Assembly: GCA_965248575.1 (NCBI GenBank)
Contig: CBDFJQ010000002.1
Coordinates: 1,984,001-2,048,000, forward strand
DNA: 64,000 bases
From: Planctomycetota bacterium
Lineage (GTDB): Bacteria; Planctomycetota; B15-G4
Reading direction: 5' to 3'
In this document: positions 8,427 through 17,130 of the stretch, in pieces
Layout of the letters: each line of letters starts with the position of its first letter
Numbering within the stretch: position 1 is the first letter of the stretch
Notes under the pieces: model-generated
What the model was told of the DNA's origin: nothing
What the model saw: the letters and a program-made list of their open reading frames with translations, nothing else
Database searches by the model: none
Made by a program: the position numbers and the translations under genes

Positions 8427-8448
8427 CTGTCTAACTACAATTAGACAG
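8427..8448 (-). other. Putative attI (or dif-like) recombination site heading the array
   Basis: CTGTCTAA-ctacaa-TTAGACAG inverted repeat containing a minus-strand GTTAGAC core with no attC body attached. Confidence 0.6.
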
Positions 8449-8566
8449 CGAAGCTGCCACACCCAAACGATGCGCAGGCACACAGCCCACGCCGCTCGCC
8501 CGCTTCATATCGCGAATCCCCTTCACCTCTTCATCCTGCCTATTCGAAACGCATGCCGGGCCAGCA

Positions 8567-9319
8567 CTAGCTGTCCGTCGACGCGAACCTCGAGGGGACC
8601 ACGCAGCAAGACGGCGTCTCTTCGATCGCTCGCGCACACGCGAAGTCCGTGAACGAGCCCAAGAATGCGTTGTTCTGATCCTCGTAGGTCCAGGCCTCGA
8701 TGCTGCCGTCACCTTCGAAGCGGCAGCGCGTGGCATTGCCCACGATGGGGAGCTTGGCGTCGGCGCCCAGCAAGGGCTCGTACCAGACGGCTTCGGGCAT
8801 CGTGCAGCACTCAAGGTCTGGCAGGGAGGAGCCCTCCACGCTGACCACACCGTCGACGTGGATCGAGAAGTCGCTGCCCTCGCGCCTCACGCGGACGGGC
8901 GCCGAGCGCACGGCCTCCACGCTGCCCAAGCTGTCGCGGTACACATCGCTGACCCAGGCCACGGCTTCGGCGCGGCGGGAGCCGGTCACTGACTCGTCGA
9001 TGTAGATGATGCTGCGGCGGGCGCCGCCGTCCGAGAGGTTCTCGTCCGCTGCCACGGCCACGGCGAGCTGCACGCCGGCCAGGTTCTCGTCGACATAGCG
9101 ACCCTCTTCCAGCACGAAGCCCATCAGCGCCCTGCGCCCCTGGTGATCGGCCTCGGCGTTGATGTGGCAGCCGCCGGCGAAGACTGCGGCACTGCGCACC
9201 TCCACATACTGGCCGCTCACGTTGGGCGTCACATCCATGTGACTCACGGTGTAGGCCACGCCGGCACCCACCGCGGTCATGAGGACCGCCAACATCGCAC
9301 TGAGGAGTTTCGACATCAC
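8567..9319 (-). CDS. DUF1326-like secreted protein
   Basis: Signal peptide; VSGQYVEVRSAAVFAGGCHINAE; IYIDES; WYEPL. Confidence 0.7.
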   Translation of the reverse strand: MMSKLLSAMLAVLMTAVGAGVAYTVSHMDVTPNVSGQYVEVRSAAVFAGGCHINAEADHQGRRALMGFVLEEGRYVDENLAGVQLAVAVAADENLSDGGARRSIIYIDESVTGSRRAEAVAWVSDVYRDSLGSVEAVRSAPVRVRREGSDFSIHVDGVVSVEGSSLPDLECCTMPEAVWYEPLLGADAKLPIVGNATRCRFEGDGSIEAWTYEDQNNAFLGSFTDFACARAIEETPSCCVVPSRFASTDS

Positions 9320-9552
9320 CGGGCTCCATCCTGGTTCGCGAGCCCATCACGCACGATGGGGCCTCGCTGGATCGCGCTCGCTGGACGGCTAGGTCGCAGC
9401 GGCATGCTCTTCAGCCTACTGCACAGGTGGTCGGCAGTCAGTGACCGCTTGGCTGTCGAAGTGATGGCAGATCGCCCCTTTCCCCTGTTCTGGGCTCAAT
9501 TCGTCCCTCCCTCCTCGCGCGTCCCAATCCAAGGCAACACGCAGACGCAACA

Positions 9553-9619
9553 CGGCCCCGGCTCAGCAAGGCTCGGAGAGGCAGATGTCCTCTCCACAGC
9601 GCTTGGCAAACCGGGGCCG
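9553..9619. terminator. Long GC-rich hairpin downstream of the protease gene
   Basis: CGGCCCCGG...GGAGAGG-cagatgt-CCTCTCC...CCGGGGCCG; no clear U-tract. Confidence 0.4.
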
Positions 9620-9646
9620 CGTCTCAGGGAGACACGCTCCAAAAAA

Positions 9647-11167
9647 TCAGGGCGTGGTGAACGTCAGCGCGTTGGACGCAAGGGTTCCGGAGACGGCCCC
9701 GCCATCGTCGAAGGGCACCCAGGCCTGCAGCCAGAAGCTCGTGCCGCTGATGATGTTCGTCGGCCAGAGGATGTCGAAGCCCAAGCCGGCGTTCTGCATG
9801 CTCGTGTCCACACCGAAGGCCCGGACCACATCGGGGCTCGGCACCAACACACCGCCTTCGAAGGGGATGTTGATGGCGCTGAAGCCCAGGAACATGAAGG
9901 CCGTCATGTCGATGTTGAGGGCCGTGGGCGGCAGGCGGATCCCGAGGTCGATGCTCAGCGGCGAGCTGGGCGTCAGGTCACCACACATTGTGAGGCTCGG
10001 CGGCCGGTTGAAGGGCGCCACGAAGAGCGTCTCGCCCAGGTTCGTGAAGTTGTCGCCGGCGTTGCACACACCCTGCGGGTTGTTGAGGGCGTTCTGCAGG
10101 GACGAAGCCGTGATCGGCGTACCATTGTTGCTGCCCCCCCCACCGGTGCTGCAACCACCGTTGGTGTGGATGCCCACCGCCATGTCCATCTCCTCCCAGA
10201 TCACGGGCGAGCCGGAGTTCCCGCCGGTCGTGTCCGTCTGGTAGTTGAGGTTGGTGCCGATGCTCACCCAGGGGCCGACGTGCGTCTGCTGCACCTGGTT
10301 GTAGGTGGAGTTGGGCGTGCTGTCCGTGCCGTGTCCCGTGATGCGGATGTTCTGGCCCGCGGGGCTTCCGGGCGGCGAGACCAGGTCAAAGGCATCGCCC
10401 ATGGCCTGGAAGGGCGTGAGGCCCGTGTTGCTGTTGGGGAACGCTCCGAAGTACTGCCAGTCGTCCGTGCTGTTCATGGACTGCTTGGAGCTGGCGTCGT
10501 AGGCGTACTGATCGTCGGGCGACGGGAAGACGAGGCTGCCACCGGCCGTGGAGAAGGGCACGTTGAACTGCAGGCTGGAACCCTGCCCTGCACCACAGTG
10601 GCCCGCGGACAGGAAGCACTTGCCGCAGTCATTGATCAGCCAGGCCGTGCAACCCACCGGCATCAGGCGCGCCACGCGCGGGTCGCTGGAGGGCTGGCGG
10701 TCGTCCACAGGACCGCACTGGGTCTCTTGGATTCCAGCGGGGACACCCAACTCGAGGCTCTCCAGCACGAGGCGGTTGTTGCCCGTGCCGGGGGCGGCGA
10801 TGACTTCCACCTGCACCGCGTTGCCGTTGAAGTAGGCCGAGCCGTTGTTCCACTGCTCGACGTGGGTGGCGTTCATGGTCTGCACCGCGCCGTCCCCATA
10901 AGAGGTGATGCGCAGGATGGACTCGTTGCCCAGGGCGATGTCGCCGGCCAGCTGCACCTCGTCGAAGTGCAGGGCCAAGGAGCTGACCCCTTCGAAGACC
11001 ACCGCGAAGGAGATAACGACCTCCCGCTCGGAGCCGGTGTTGGCCACCAGGCCGGTGTCGCGGTAATAGTCCACCGGCACCATGGGATTCACTTCTTGGG
11101 CGGCGGCAAAGGGCCCGAGCAGCGCAGTGGCGGCCAGGGCGAGCAGGATCTTCCGGGTGGACAGCAT
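9647..11167 (-). CDS. Secreted trypsin-like (S1) serine protease with conserved C-terminal domain
   Basis: Signal peptide from MLSTRKILL (11167); catalytic LSAGHC, DDWQYF, DTTGGNSGSP. Confidence 0.9.
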   Translation of the reverse strand: MLSTRKILLALAATALLGPFAAAQEVNPMVPVDYYRDTGLVANTGSEREVVISFAVVFEGVSSLALHFDEVQLAGDIALGNESILRITSYGDGAVQTMNATHVEQWNNGSAYFNGNAVQVEVIAAPGTGNNRLVLESLELGVPAGIQETQCGPVDDRQPSSDPRVARLMPVGCTAWLINDCGKCFLSAGHCGAGQGSSLQFNVPFSTAGGSLVFPSPDDQYAYDASSKQSMNSTDDWQYFGAFPNSNTGLTPFQAMGDAFDLVSPPGSPAGQNIRITGHGTDSTPNSTYNQVQQTHVGPWVSIGTNLNYQTDTTGGNSGSPVIWEEMDMAVGIHTNGGCSTGGGGSNNGTPITASSLQNALNNPQGVCNAGDNFTNLGETLFVAPFNRPPSLTMCGDLTPSSPLSIDLGIRLPPTALNIDMTAFMFLGFSAINIPFEGGVLVPSPDVVRAFGVDTSMQNAGLGFDILWPTNIISGTSFWLQAWVPFDDGGAVSGTLASNALTFTTP

Positions 11168-11427
11168 CCGTTGATGACTCCGGGGAGGGGGCACCAGACG
11201 ACGACAGAGCTGCCATCGGCCGGCAATTCGGGGAGAGAGAGGAGAGTGCCCACACGCGACAACCCATCCCGCACCCAAGCGGAAGGAGCTGCCCAGCGGA
11301 GCGGGCCCGACTCTAACCCGGAATTCCGGGACTGACCACGGACGCTTCCGCTATGGAAACCCGCTCAGCACACCCCCTGCCCGCTCTCTCGGGACCTTGA
11401 GCGGCCGCCAGGGGTTCAGAACCCCGT

Positions 11428-13122
11428 TTATGTGGCCCGCGACCCACGTTGCGGCGCGGAGGGGACTGCTTCGGCGCGCCACTGGCGGGTGATGGCTTCG
11501 GCAGCCCGCAAGCCGTCCACAGCCGCCGACATGATGCCTCCGGCGTGGCCCGCCCCCTCACCCACCGGGAAAAGGCCCGGGTGGCTGAGCGACTCGAAAC
11601 TCTCCCGGTCGCGCAGCAAGCGCAGGGGTGCGCTGCTGCGGCTCTCGGGCCCCACCAACATGCCGTCGCCACCCGCATAGCCGGGCATGCGCTGGTCGAG
11701 GTCCCGCAGCGCAGCGCGAAGTGCTTCGGGCGCGCCCTCGGGCAGCACGCCGTCGAGCGGCGCCGCGCTGAGCGGCAAGGCGTAGGACGTCGGCCCCAGG
11801 CTCTGGGACACCTGCCCCGGCCCCGCGAGAAAGTCCGCCACGCGCAGGGCCGGCGCCCGGAAGCCGCCGCCAGCGAGTTCCCAGGCCTTGGCTTCGAGCT
11901 GCCTCTGCAGGCGCAACCCGTCACGCGGATCGGTGCCAAAGGATTCCGGTGTCACCGTGACCACCAACCCACTGTTGGCGAAGGGCCCATTGCGTGCGCG
12001 CGGGCTAGCGCCGTTCACACACAGGAAGCCTGCCTTCTCGGTGGACGGCAAGATCTCGCCGCCGGGACACATGCAGAAGCTGAACACATCCAGCCGCCCG
12101 CCCTTGGGGTCCCGGGAGCGCAGGCTGTACTCCGCAACGGGCAAGGCCTTGTGCCCGCAGTTCGAGCCGTACTGCAAGGCGTCGATCATCGCTTGGGGGT
12201 GCTCGATGCGCAGCCCTGTCTGGAACGGCTTCGCCTCCGCGGCCACCCCATCGTCGAGCAACATGTCGAGCGTGTCCCGCGCCGAATGGCCGACCCCCAG
12301 AACCACGGCGCCGGCAGGAATCTGCTCGTCGCCGCAACGCACGCCGAGAACTTGCCGCGCGCCCCACTCAGGTGTGGTGCCCGGCGCTGCGCCCGGCGTC
12401 GAGGCCTGAGGATCGTCCGTCCACAAGCCGTCCATGCGCGTGTCGAAGGCCACCTCCAGCCCCCGGGCCACCATGTTGCGGCGCATGCTCCGGATGATGG
12501 AGGGCAGGGCGTTGCTACCGATGTGCGGGGCCGCCAGCCACAGGATCTCTTCAGGAGCCCCTTGCTCCACCAGCACCTCGAGCACGTCTGCGACGCGCGG
12601 GTCCTTGATGCGCGTGGTGAGCTTGCCGTCACTGAAGGTGCCGGCGCCGCCCTCACCGAAGAGCAGATTGCACTCGGGGTCGAAAGCGCCCCCCTTGAGG
12701 AAGGCGTTCCAGCTCTTGCCCCGTGCGCCCACCTCCGGGCCACGCTCGAGCAGCAATGGAGCGAAGCCCTCGCGCAACAGGCCCCAAGCCGCAAACAGCC
12801 CAGCCGGGCCGCTGCCCACGATCACCGGCCGCCCGCGCATCTCGGGGCGATCATCCGGGAAGATCTCCCGCGCCCGGGGCGGGCTGGGCTTGCGCAGCTG
12901 CCGAGCCCGCTGACCCTTGAGTGCCTCGGCCTCGTGCTGGGGCGCGAGGGTCAGCTCCAGCGTGTAGACGTAGACCGCCTCCCGCCCGGCGCGCACATCC
13001 AGGGATTTGCGCAGGATGCGGGCGCGCTCGACAGGCAGCCCTAGGCGACGCCCGGCCAGGCGGGCGGGATCCGTGCCTTCCAGGTCGAGGGGCACGCGCA
13101 GGTTTTGCAGGACGAGAGTCAT
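11428..13122 (-). CDS. FAD-dependent oxidoreductase (COG2509-like)
   Basis: Start MTLVLQ; IVGSGPAGLFAA, FGEGGAGTFSDGKL, FSFCMCPGG, GEGAGHAGGIMSAAVDG. Confidence 0.9.
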   Translation of the reverse strand: MTLVLQNLRVPLDLEGTDPARLAGRRLGLPVERARILRKSLDVRAGREAVYVYTLELTLAPQHEAEALKGQRARQLRKPSPPRAREIFPDDRPEMRGRPVIVGSGPAGLFAAWGLLREGFAPLLLERGPEVGARGKSWNAFLKGGAFDPECNLLFGEGGAGTFSDGKLTTRIKDPRVADVLEVLVEQGAPEEILWLAAPHIGSNALPSIIRSMRRNMVARGLEVAFDTRMDGLWTDDPQASTPGAAPGTTPEWGARQVLGVRCGDEQIPAGAVVLGVGHSARDTLDMLLDDGVAAEAKPFQTGLRIEHPQAMIDALQYGSNCGHKALPVAEYSLRSRDPKGGRLDVFSFCMCPGGEILPSTEKAGFLCVNGASPRARNGPFANSGLVVTVTPESFGTDPRDGLRLQRQLEAKAWELAGGGFRAPALRVADFLAGPGQVSQSLGPTSYALPLSAAPLDGVLPEGAPEALRAALRDLDQRMPGYAGGDGMLVGPESRSSAPLRLLRDRESFESLSHPGLFPVGEGAGHAGGIMSAAVDGLRAAEAITRQWRAEAVPSAPQRGSRAT

Positions 13123-13223
13123 GGGCGGCGAGAGAGTACACCCTGTGCCCCGGGGATCGATTATTTCCGTCGCCCGCCCCCTTTCGTGCAACCTGCGAGG
13201 AACCGGCTCGGTAAGAGGAGAGC

Positions 13224-13769
13224 GTGAGCACACCTCCCCCTCAAGACGTGCAGCGCCCGGCCTTCGAGGCCGAGCTGGTGGCCGCCTTGCCCCAGGTCCG
13301 TGGCTATGTGGCCGCCCTCACCGCCCGCGGGCCCGGCAGTCAGGAGACCGAGGACCTGCTCCAGGATCTGGCAGCCAAGGCCCTGCGCTACCAGCACGCC
13401 TACGACGAGGGGCGGGCGCTCCTGCCCTGGCTGCGGCAGGCGGCCCTGCACCTCGTGCTGGATGCCCGACGAGCTGCCGGCCGTCGGCCCCATCACCTGG
13501 AGTCCGAGCCCGAGGACCCGCAGCTCGCCCCCGGCGAACACAGCGCGCGACGCGATGAGCTGCAGCACCTGCTCCAGCGCCTCGCCCCTCTACCCCGTCG
13601 CATCCTGCTCAGCTTCCATCGCGACGGTCAAAGCATCGCAGCCATCGCCCGCGCCTTGGAGTTGCCCGACGGCACCGTCAAGTCCCACCTGCACCGAGCT
13701 CGTGAGCGACTGCGTCGGGGCGCAGGAGCACGCTCAGCACCTGTCACACACCAGGCACCCCCACCATGA
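13224..13769 (+). CDS. ECF sigma-70 factor
   Basis: Region 2 EDLLQD...PWL; region 4 IAAIARALELPDGTVKSHLHRARERLR. Confidence 0.9.
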   Translation: MSTPPPQDVQRPAFEAELVAALPQVRGYVAALTARGPGSQETEDLLQDLAAKALRYQHAYDEGRALLPWLRQAALHLVLDARRAAGRRPHHLESEPEDPQLAPGEHSARRDELQHLLQRLAPLPRRILLSFHRDGQSIAAIARALELPDGTVKSHLHRARERLRRGAGARSAPVTHQAPPP

Positions 13770-14224
13770 ACACACCGCAAGAGGTTTGGCGACACATCAA
13801 TGCCCTGCTCGACGCCGGGCACGACCCCTTCGACGACGAGCAGGTTGTCGAGGCGCTGCTGAAAGAGCCCGCGCTGCTCGCGCCCCTCGAACAGCTCTGT
13901 GGGCACCTGCGCCAGGTGCAGGAGTTGCCCGCCGACTGGGAGGCGCCACTCGACCCTCGCGCCCCTCTCACACCCCTTGCTCTGCCGTTCCAACGCTGGG
14001 TGGCAGCGGCGCTGCTCGTGCTCGCCGTGGGTGCCAGCAGCTGGTGGCTCTTGCCGCAGACAAGTCGCGAAGAGCCACAGCCTGGCGCGCAGCGCCCGGC
14101 ACCTCCCCTCTCACGCATTCACAGCTTTCGGTCGCACGTGAGCTACGAGCGGCGCGACGCGCCCTTGCCCGCCGCGACCACACCCGTCCTCGTTTCCTGG
14201 AACCACACATGGACCACGCCATGA
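13766..14224 (+). CDS. Putative single-TM anti-sigma factor
   Basis: ATGA overlap with the sigma gene; one TM helix (WVAAALLVLAVGASSWWLL). Confidence 0.6.
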   Translation: MNTPQEVWRHINALLDAGHDPFDDEQVVEALLKEPALLAPLEQLCGHLRQVQELPADWEAPLDPRAPLTPLALPFQRWVAAALLVLAVGASSWWLLPQTSREEPQPGAQRPAPPLSRIHSFRSHVSYERRDAPLPAATTPVLVSWNHTWTTP

Positions 14225-15402
14225 CCAGCACCACACTGCCTCGCCGCGCACCGCCCTGTCGCCCCCGCCTGCCCGGGGCGCTGAAGCTCTCGGCCTTGCT
14301 GCTCGCCTGCGGCCTGCCCTTCGCGACGCCCGTCGCCCAAACCGCTTCCGGAGAACGGGTGGCCGCGCCGGCGAGCAGACACTCGGAATTCTTCACGGAC
14401 AGTCGTGAGTCCGGCAGCGCCGAACCCAGCTCCGAACAGGCCACCTCCTTGAGCGCCTCCCTCGGAGACCACTCGCTCCAGGCCTACGACGTTTCCGACC
14501 TCACCAACAGCGTGCAGGCAGCAGCCATCTCGCTCCAGGCGATCCACACGTCAGACTTCGAAGAGGCCCAAGAACGCCTGGCCCAGCTGGAGGACATTGA
14601 GCAGCTGCGGCAACACGCCCTGGGGGCGATCCAAGCCCTGGACGAGGTGGTTCGCGACTCGATTCAGCCGCCGTTGCGCGACGGGACCGATTCCTTGCGG
14701 GTCTTGGGTGACAACCTGCTCGTGCTCAATGGCAGCGATGCCCAGCACGCGTGGATGATCCGCTTCCTTGAGACTCAGCGCGGTGCCGACGAACTCGTGA
14801 GCATGCAGGCCCATGTGTGGATCGCGAGCCAGGGGCTGGGGCGTGAACTGGGCTTGAACGGTGAGGTGCAGAAGCTGCTTCCCGATCGCAGCCAGGTGGC
14901 GGAGGTGCTCTCCCTGGCCAAGGCCCTGGGCCATGACACCATCACCTCGCCCCAGTTGCTCGCGCACCCACGCCAGAAGGCCATGGTCTCGGTGCTCAAC
15001 CAGGTGTCTTATGTCAGCGAGTGGTCACTCGTGATGGTGCAACCGGACGAGACCCTCATCGCAGACCCGGTCATCGATGTTGTCCAGGAAGGCGTGGTCC
15101 TCGAAGCCCGCGCCGTGCCCCTCTTCCCCGGCCATTGGATGGTCGACGCCGAGCTGAAGCTGTCCAGCCTGGAACGCCCCATCCCCACGCGCACGATCCA
15201 GTTCGGCGACGGAAGCCACAGCGGCAAGGTCTCTCACCCAGTGGTGTCCAAGGTGAGCATGTCATCGCGCTTCGCCGTCCCGGCCGGGGGCGGAGCGCTC
15301 TTCCTCACCTATGACCAGGTGCAGGATCGCGATGTCCTGGTGCTCATGCAGCTGGACAACTTCGACCCAGCGAGCCTGGCTCCTGAGCGGAGCAGGAAGT
15401 AG
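14221..15402 (+). CDS. Short secretin-like protein
   Basis: ATGA overlap; signal-like segment; YDVSDL; LVLNGSDAQH (N-domain-like); ITSPQLLAHPRQKAMVSVLNQVSYV; VVQEGVVLEARA. Confidence 0.65.
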   Translation: MTSTTLPRRAPPCRPRLPGALKLSALLLACGLPFATPVAQTASGERVAAPASRHSEFFTDSRESGSAEPSSEQATSLSASLGDHSLQAYDVSDLTNSVQAAAISLQAIHTSDFEEAQERLAQLEDIEQLRQHALGAIQALDEVVRDSIQPPLRDGTDSLRVLGDNLLVLNGSDAQHAWMIRFLETQRGADELVSMQAHVWIASQGLGRELGLNGEVQKLLPDRSQVAEVLSLAKALGHDTITSPQLLAHPRQKAMVSVLNQVSYVSEWSLVMVQPDETLIADPVIDVVQEGVVLEARAVPLFPGHWMVDAELKLSSLERPIPTRTIQFGDGSHSGKVSHPVVSKVSMSSRFAVPAGGGALFLTYDQVQDRDVLVLMQLDNFDPASLAPERSRK

Positions 15403-15459
15403 CGGCTCGCCGCGAAGCCCCGCCCTGCGTGGGGGATGGCGTTGAGACTGGCGTCGCGG

Positions 15460-17130
15460 CTAACGTTTCGGTTTGCGCCAGGCCTTGTCCGTCCAGATCC
15501 GCTCACCCCGGCCGAGGCGCTTCACCTCGAAGGTCAAACCCTCCGTCAGGAAGAAGCGGTCGGTGATTCCGTCGGACAAGCCCGTGCGCACATGGGTCGC
15601 GTTGAGCACCGGCTCCGACCAGCTGGGGTCCATGGGCTGCCAGAAACCGTCCAAGGCCACCTCGACCCAACGGTGTGCCGCCAGCTCCGGCGGGTGATCG
15701 CCGCTGTGCACATAGCCGTTCACCGGTCGCACCGGGTGGCCTAGCGAACGGGCCAGGGTCAAGAACATGAGCGCGTGTTCGGTGCAGTCACCCAGCTTTT
15801 CATCGAGCAGCTCGTCCAGGCTGTCCGGGTTGGCGTCCAGGTCGTTTTCGATGTACTCATCCACGTAGAGCAGCAGCGCCTCGAGTTGATCCCGGGGAGC
15901 TTCCGAGCGCGCCTTGCGGATGCCCGTCGCAGCGAGGCGCTTCACACGCGCATCGTGGATGGGGAAGGCAACGGTCTCTGCCAGAGCATCCTCTCGATCC
16001 TGCTCGGTCACCGCCTCCAGGGAGCCGTAGGTCGCCCCCAGGAAGAGCGTCGTCGTCCCCGTCTGCGGGTCGTGGTGGACCTCTTGCCCCGGCCCTTCCG
16101 TCAACTCTGCGGCCTGCGGGTGGCGGGTCTCCAACACCAACTCGGTGATGCTCTTGGTGTCGCCGATGCGCTTCTTCAGACCCCAGCGAGACAAGCTCTC
16201 GAAGTCCACGGCGCGTTCCTGCATGAGGCGCGCCTGTTTCTCCTCGGCGGGGACCAGCTCGTAGCCAACGTAGCGCCCCCCCACGAGCCGACCCGCGTCG
16301 TCCACCTGATAGGGGCCCATACCGAAGACGGCCTTCGCCTCGGCGATCTCGTACCGCGCAGCTGCAGCACTCGCCGCCGCGGTCTCGCCCGCTTCGTCTC
16401 CCCCGGCTCCCACATGCTCCCGAACCGACACCACCCGAAGAGTCCGCTTCGCAGGCTTCAAGCCCTCGTAATCCAGGTCGAGGTACGTCCGTTCCTCGCC
16501 AGCCAGCAGGTCATCCCGGGCCATCCAGGCCACCGGCGTCAGCAAGTCCAGGTAGCTGAACTCGACGAAGGGCGCGTTCAGCAGGCGCACCTTTCCGTCC
16601 TCCACGATCGAACCGGCATAGAAGTCACCCTCGCGCATGAGCTCCGACAGCTGGAAGTGCTTGTCGACGCGCACGCTGCGCTGGGCCGCCAGGAACTCGT
16701 AGGGCGCCTCGCGCGCGAAGAAGATCTCATCCAGTTCGTGGCGATTCGAGATGCGCCCCTTGTGTACGGGCCGCGTGCTCATCTCCCGACGGAAGGCGAA
16801 GACCTGCCGGTCGCCCCAGGTGTCAGGCCCCCGCTCCCACATGAGCCAGCCCCCCTTGCGGCCCAGGGACATGAGCTCGAAGTGCTCGCGCACGTGGCGC
16901 TGGAGCAGTTCGTCCGGGATGTCGAGCCGCCGGGTTTCGGTGTCTCTCTCAGTATCGGAAGCTGCCTCGGTCTCGGCCTCGACCTCCTGCCCCCACACCG
17001 GGCCCGACAGCAGCGCGCCGAGGAGCACGGCCAGCAAGCCGCGGCGCCACGGCCCGTGCCGAATCGTGCCCAGTGCTATCAGCCCTGTTTCGCAGCGTCC
17101 CACCGGCAGCCGTCCGTCAGGACGCTCCAT
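15460..17130 (-). CDS. Transglutaminase-like domain protein, exported
   Basis: Triad motifs GDCTEHA, AHRWVEV, WQPMDPSW; N-terminal hydrophobic segment. Confidence 0.85.
   Translation of the reverse strand: MERPDGRLPVGRCETGLIALGTIRHGPWRRGLLAVLLGALLSGPVWGQEVEAETEAASDTERDTETRRLDIPDELLQRHVREHFELMSLGRKGGWLMWERGPDTWGDRQVFAFRREMSTRPVHKGRISNRHELDEIFFAREAPYEFLAAQRSVRVDKHFQLSELMREGDFYAGSIVEDGKVRLLNAPFVEFSYLDLLTPVAWMARDDLLAGEERTYLDLDYEGLKPAKRTLRVVSVREHVGAGGDEAGETAAASAAAARYEIAEAKAVFGMGPYQVDDAGRLVGGRYVGYELVPAEEKQARLMQERAVDFESLSRWGLKKRIGDTKSITELVLETRHPQAAELTEGPGQEVHHDPQTGTTTLFLGATYGSLEAVTEQDREDALAETVAFPIHDARVKRLAATGIRKARSEAPRDQLEALLLYVDEYIENDLDANPDSLDELLDEKLGDCTEHALMFLTLARSLGHPVRPVNGYVHSGDHPPELAAHRWVEVALDGFWQPMDPSWSEPVLNATHVRTGLSDGITDRFFLTEGLTFEVKRLGRGERIWTDKAWRKPKR

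Larger units (their letters stand above)
1..8448 (-). mobile_element. Integron gene-cassette array with no adjacent integrase (CALIN-like), at least 15 cassettes
   Basis: Short co-oriented ORFs, each followed by an imperfect inverted repeat with RYYYAAC...GTTRRRY-like ends. No tyrosine recombinase ORF recognised anywhere in the window. Confidence 0.92.

Noticed and set aside
8450..9640. Integron integrase or remnant upstream of the array
   Set aside because: No tyrosine-recombinase motifs (R...HxxR...Y) in the translated frames; the space holds a DUF1326-like gene.
9143..11335. Long antisense ORFs (9143..11335 +, 21043..24264 +, 29536..31722 -, 43801..46302 -, 59571..61226 + and others)
   Set aside because: Shadow frames of GC-rich genes, with no motifs, opposite well-supported CDSs.
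11279..11351. tRNA-Sec-like element (GGAAG...CTTCCGC ends)
   Set aside because: No TTCGA T-loop, no UCA anticodon arm and no CCA end.
13300..14220. 700-aa version of the secretin-like ORF
   Set aside because: The first 307 codons overlap the sigma and anti-sigma genes; the ATGA-coupled start at 14221 fits better.
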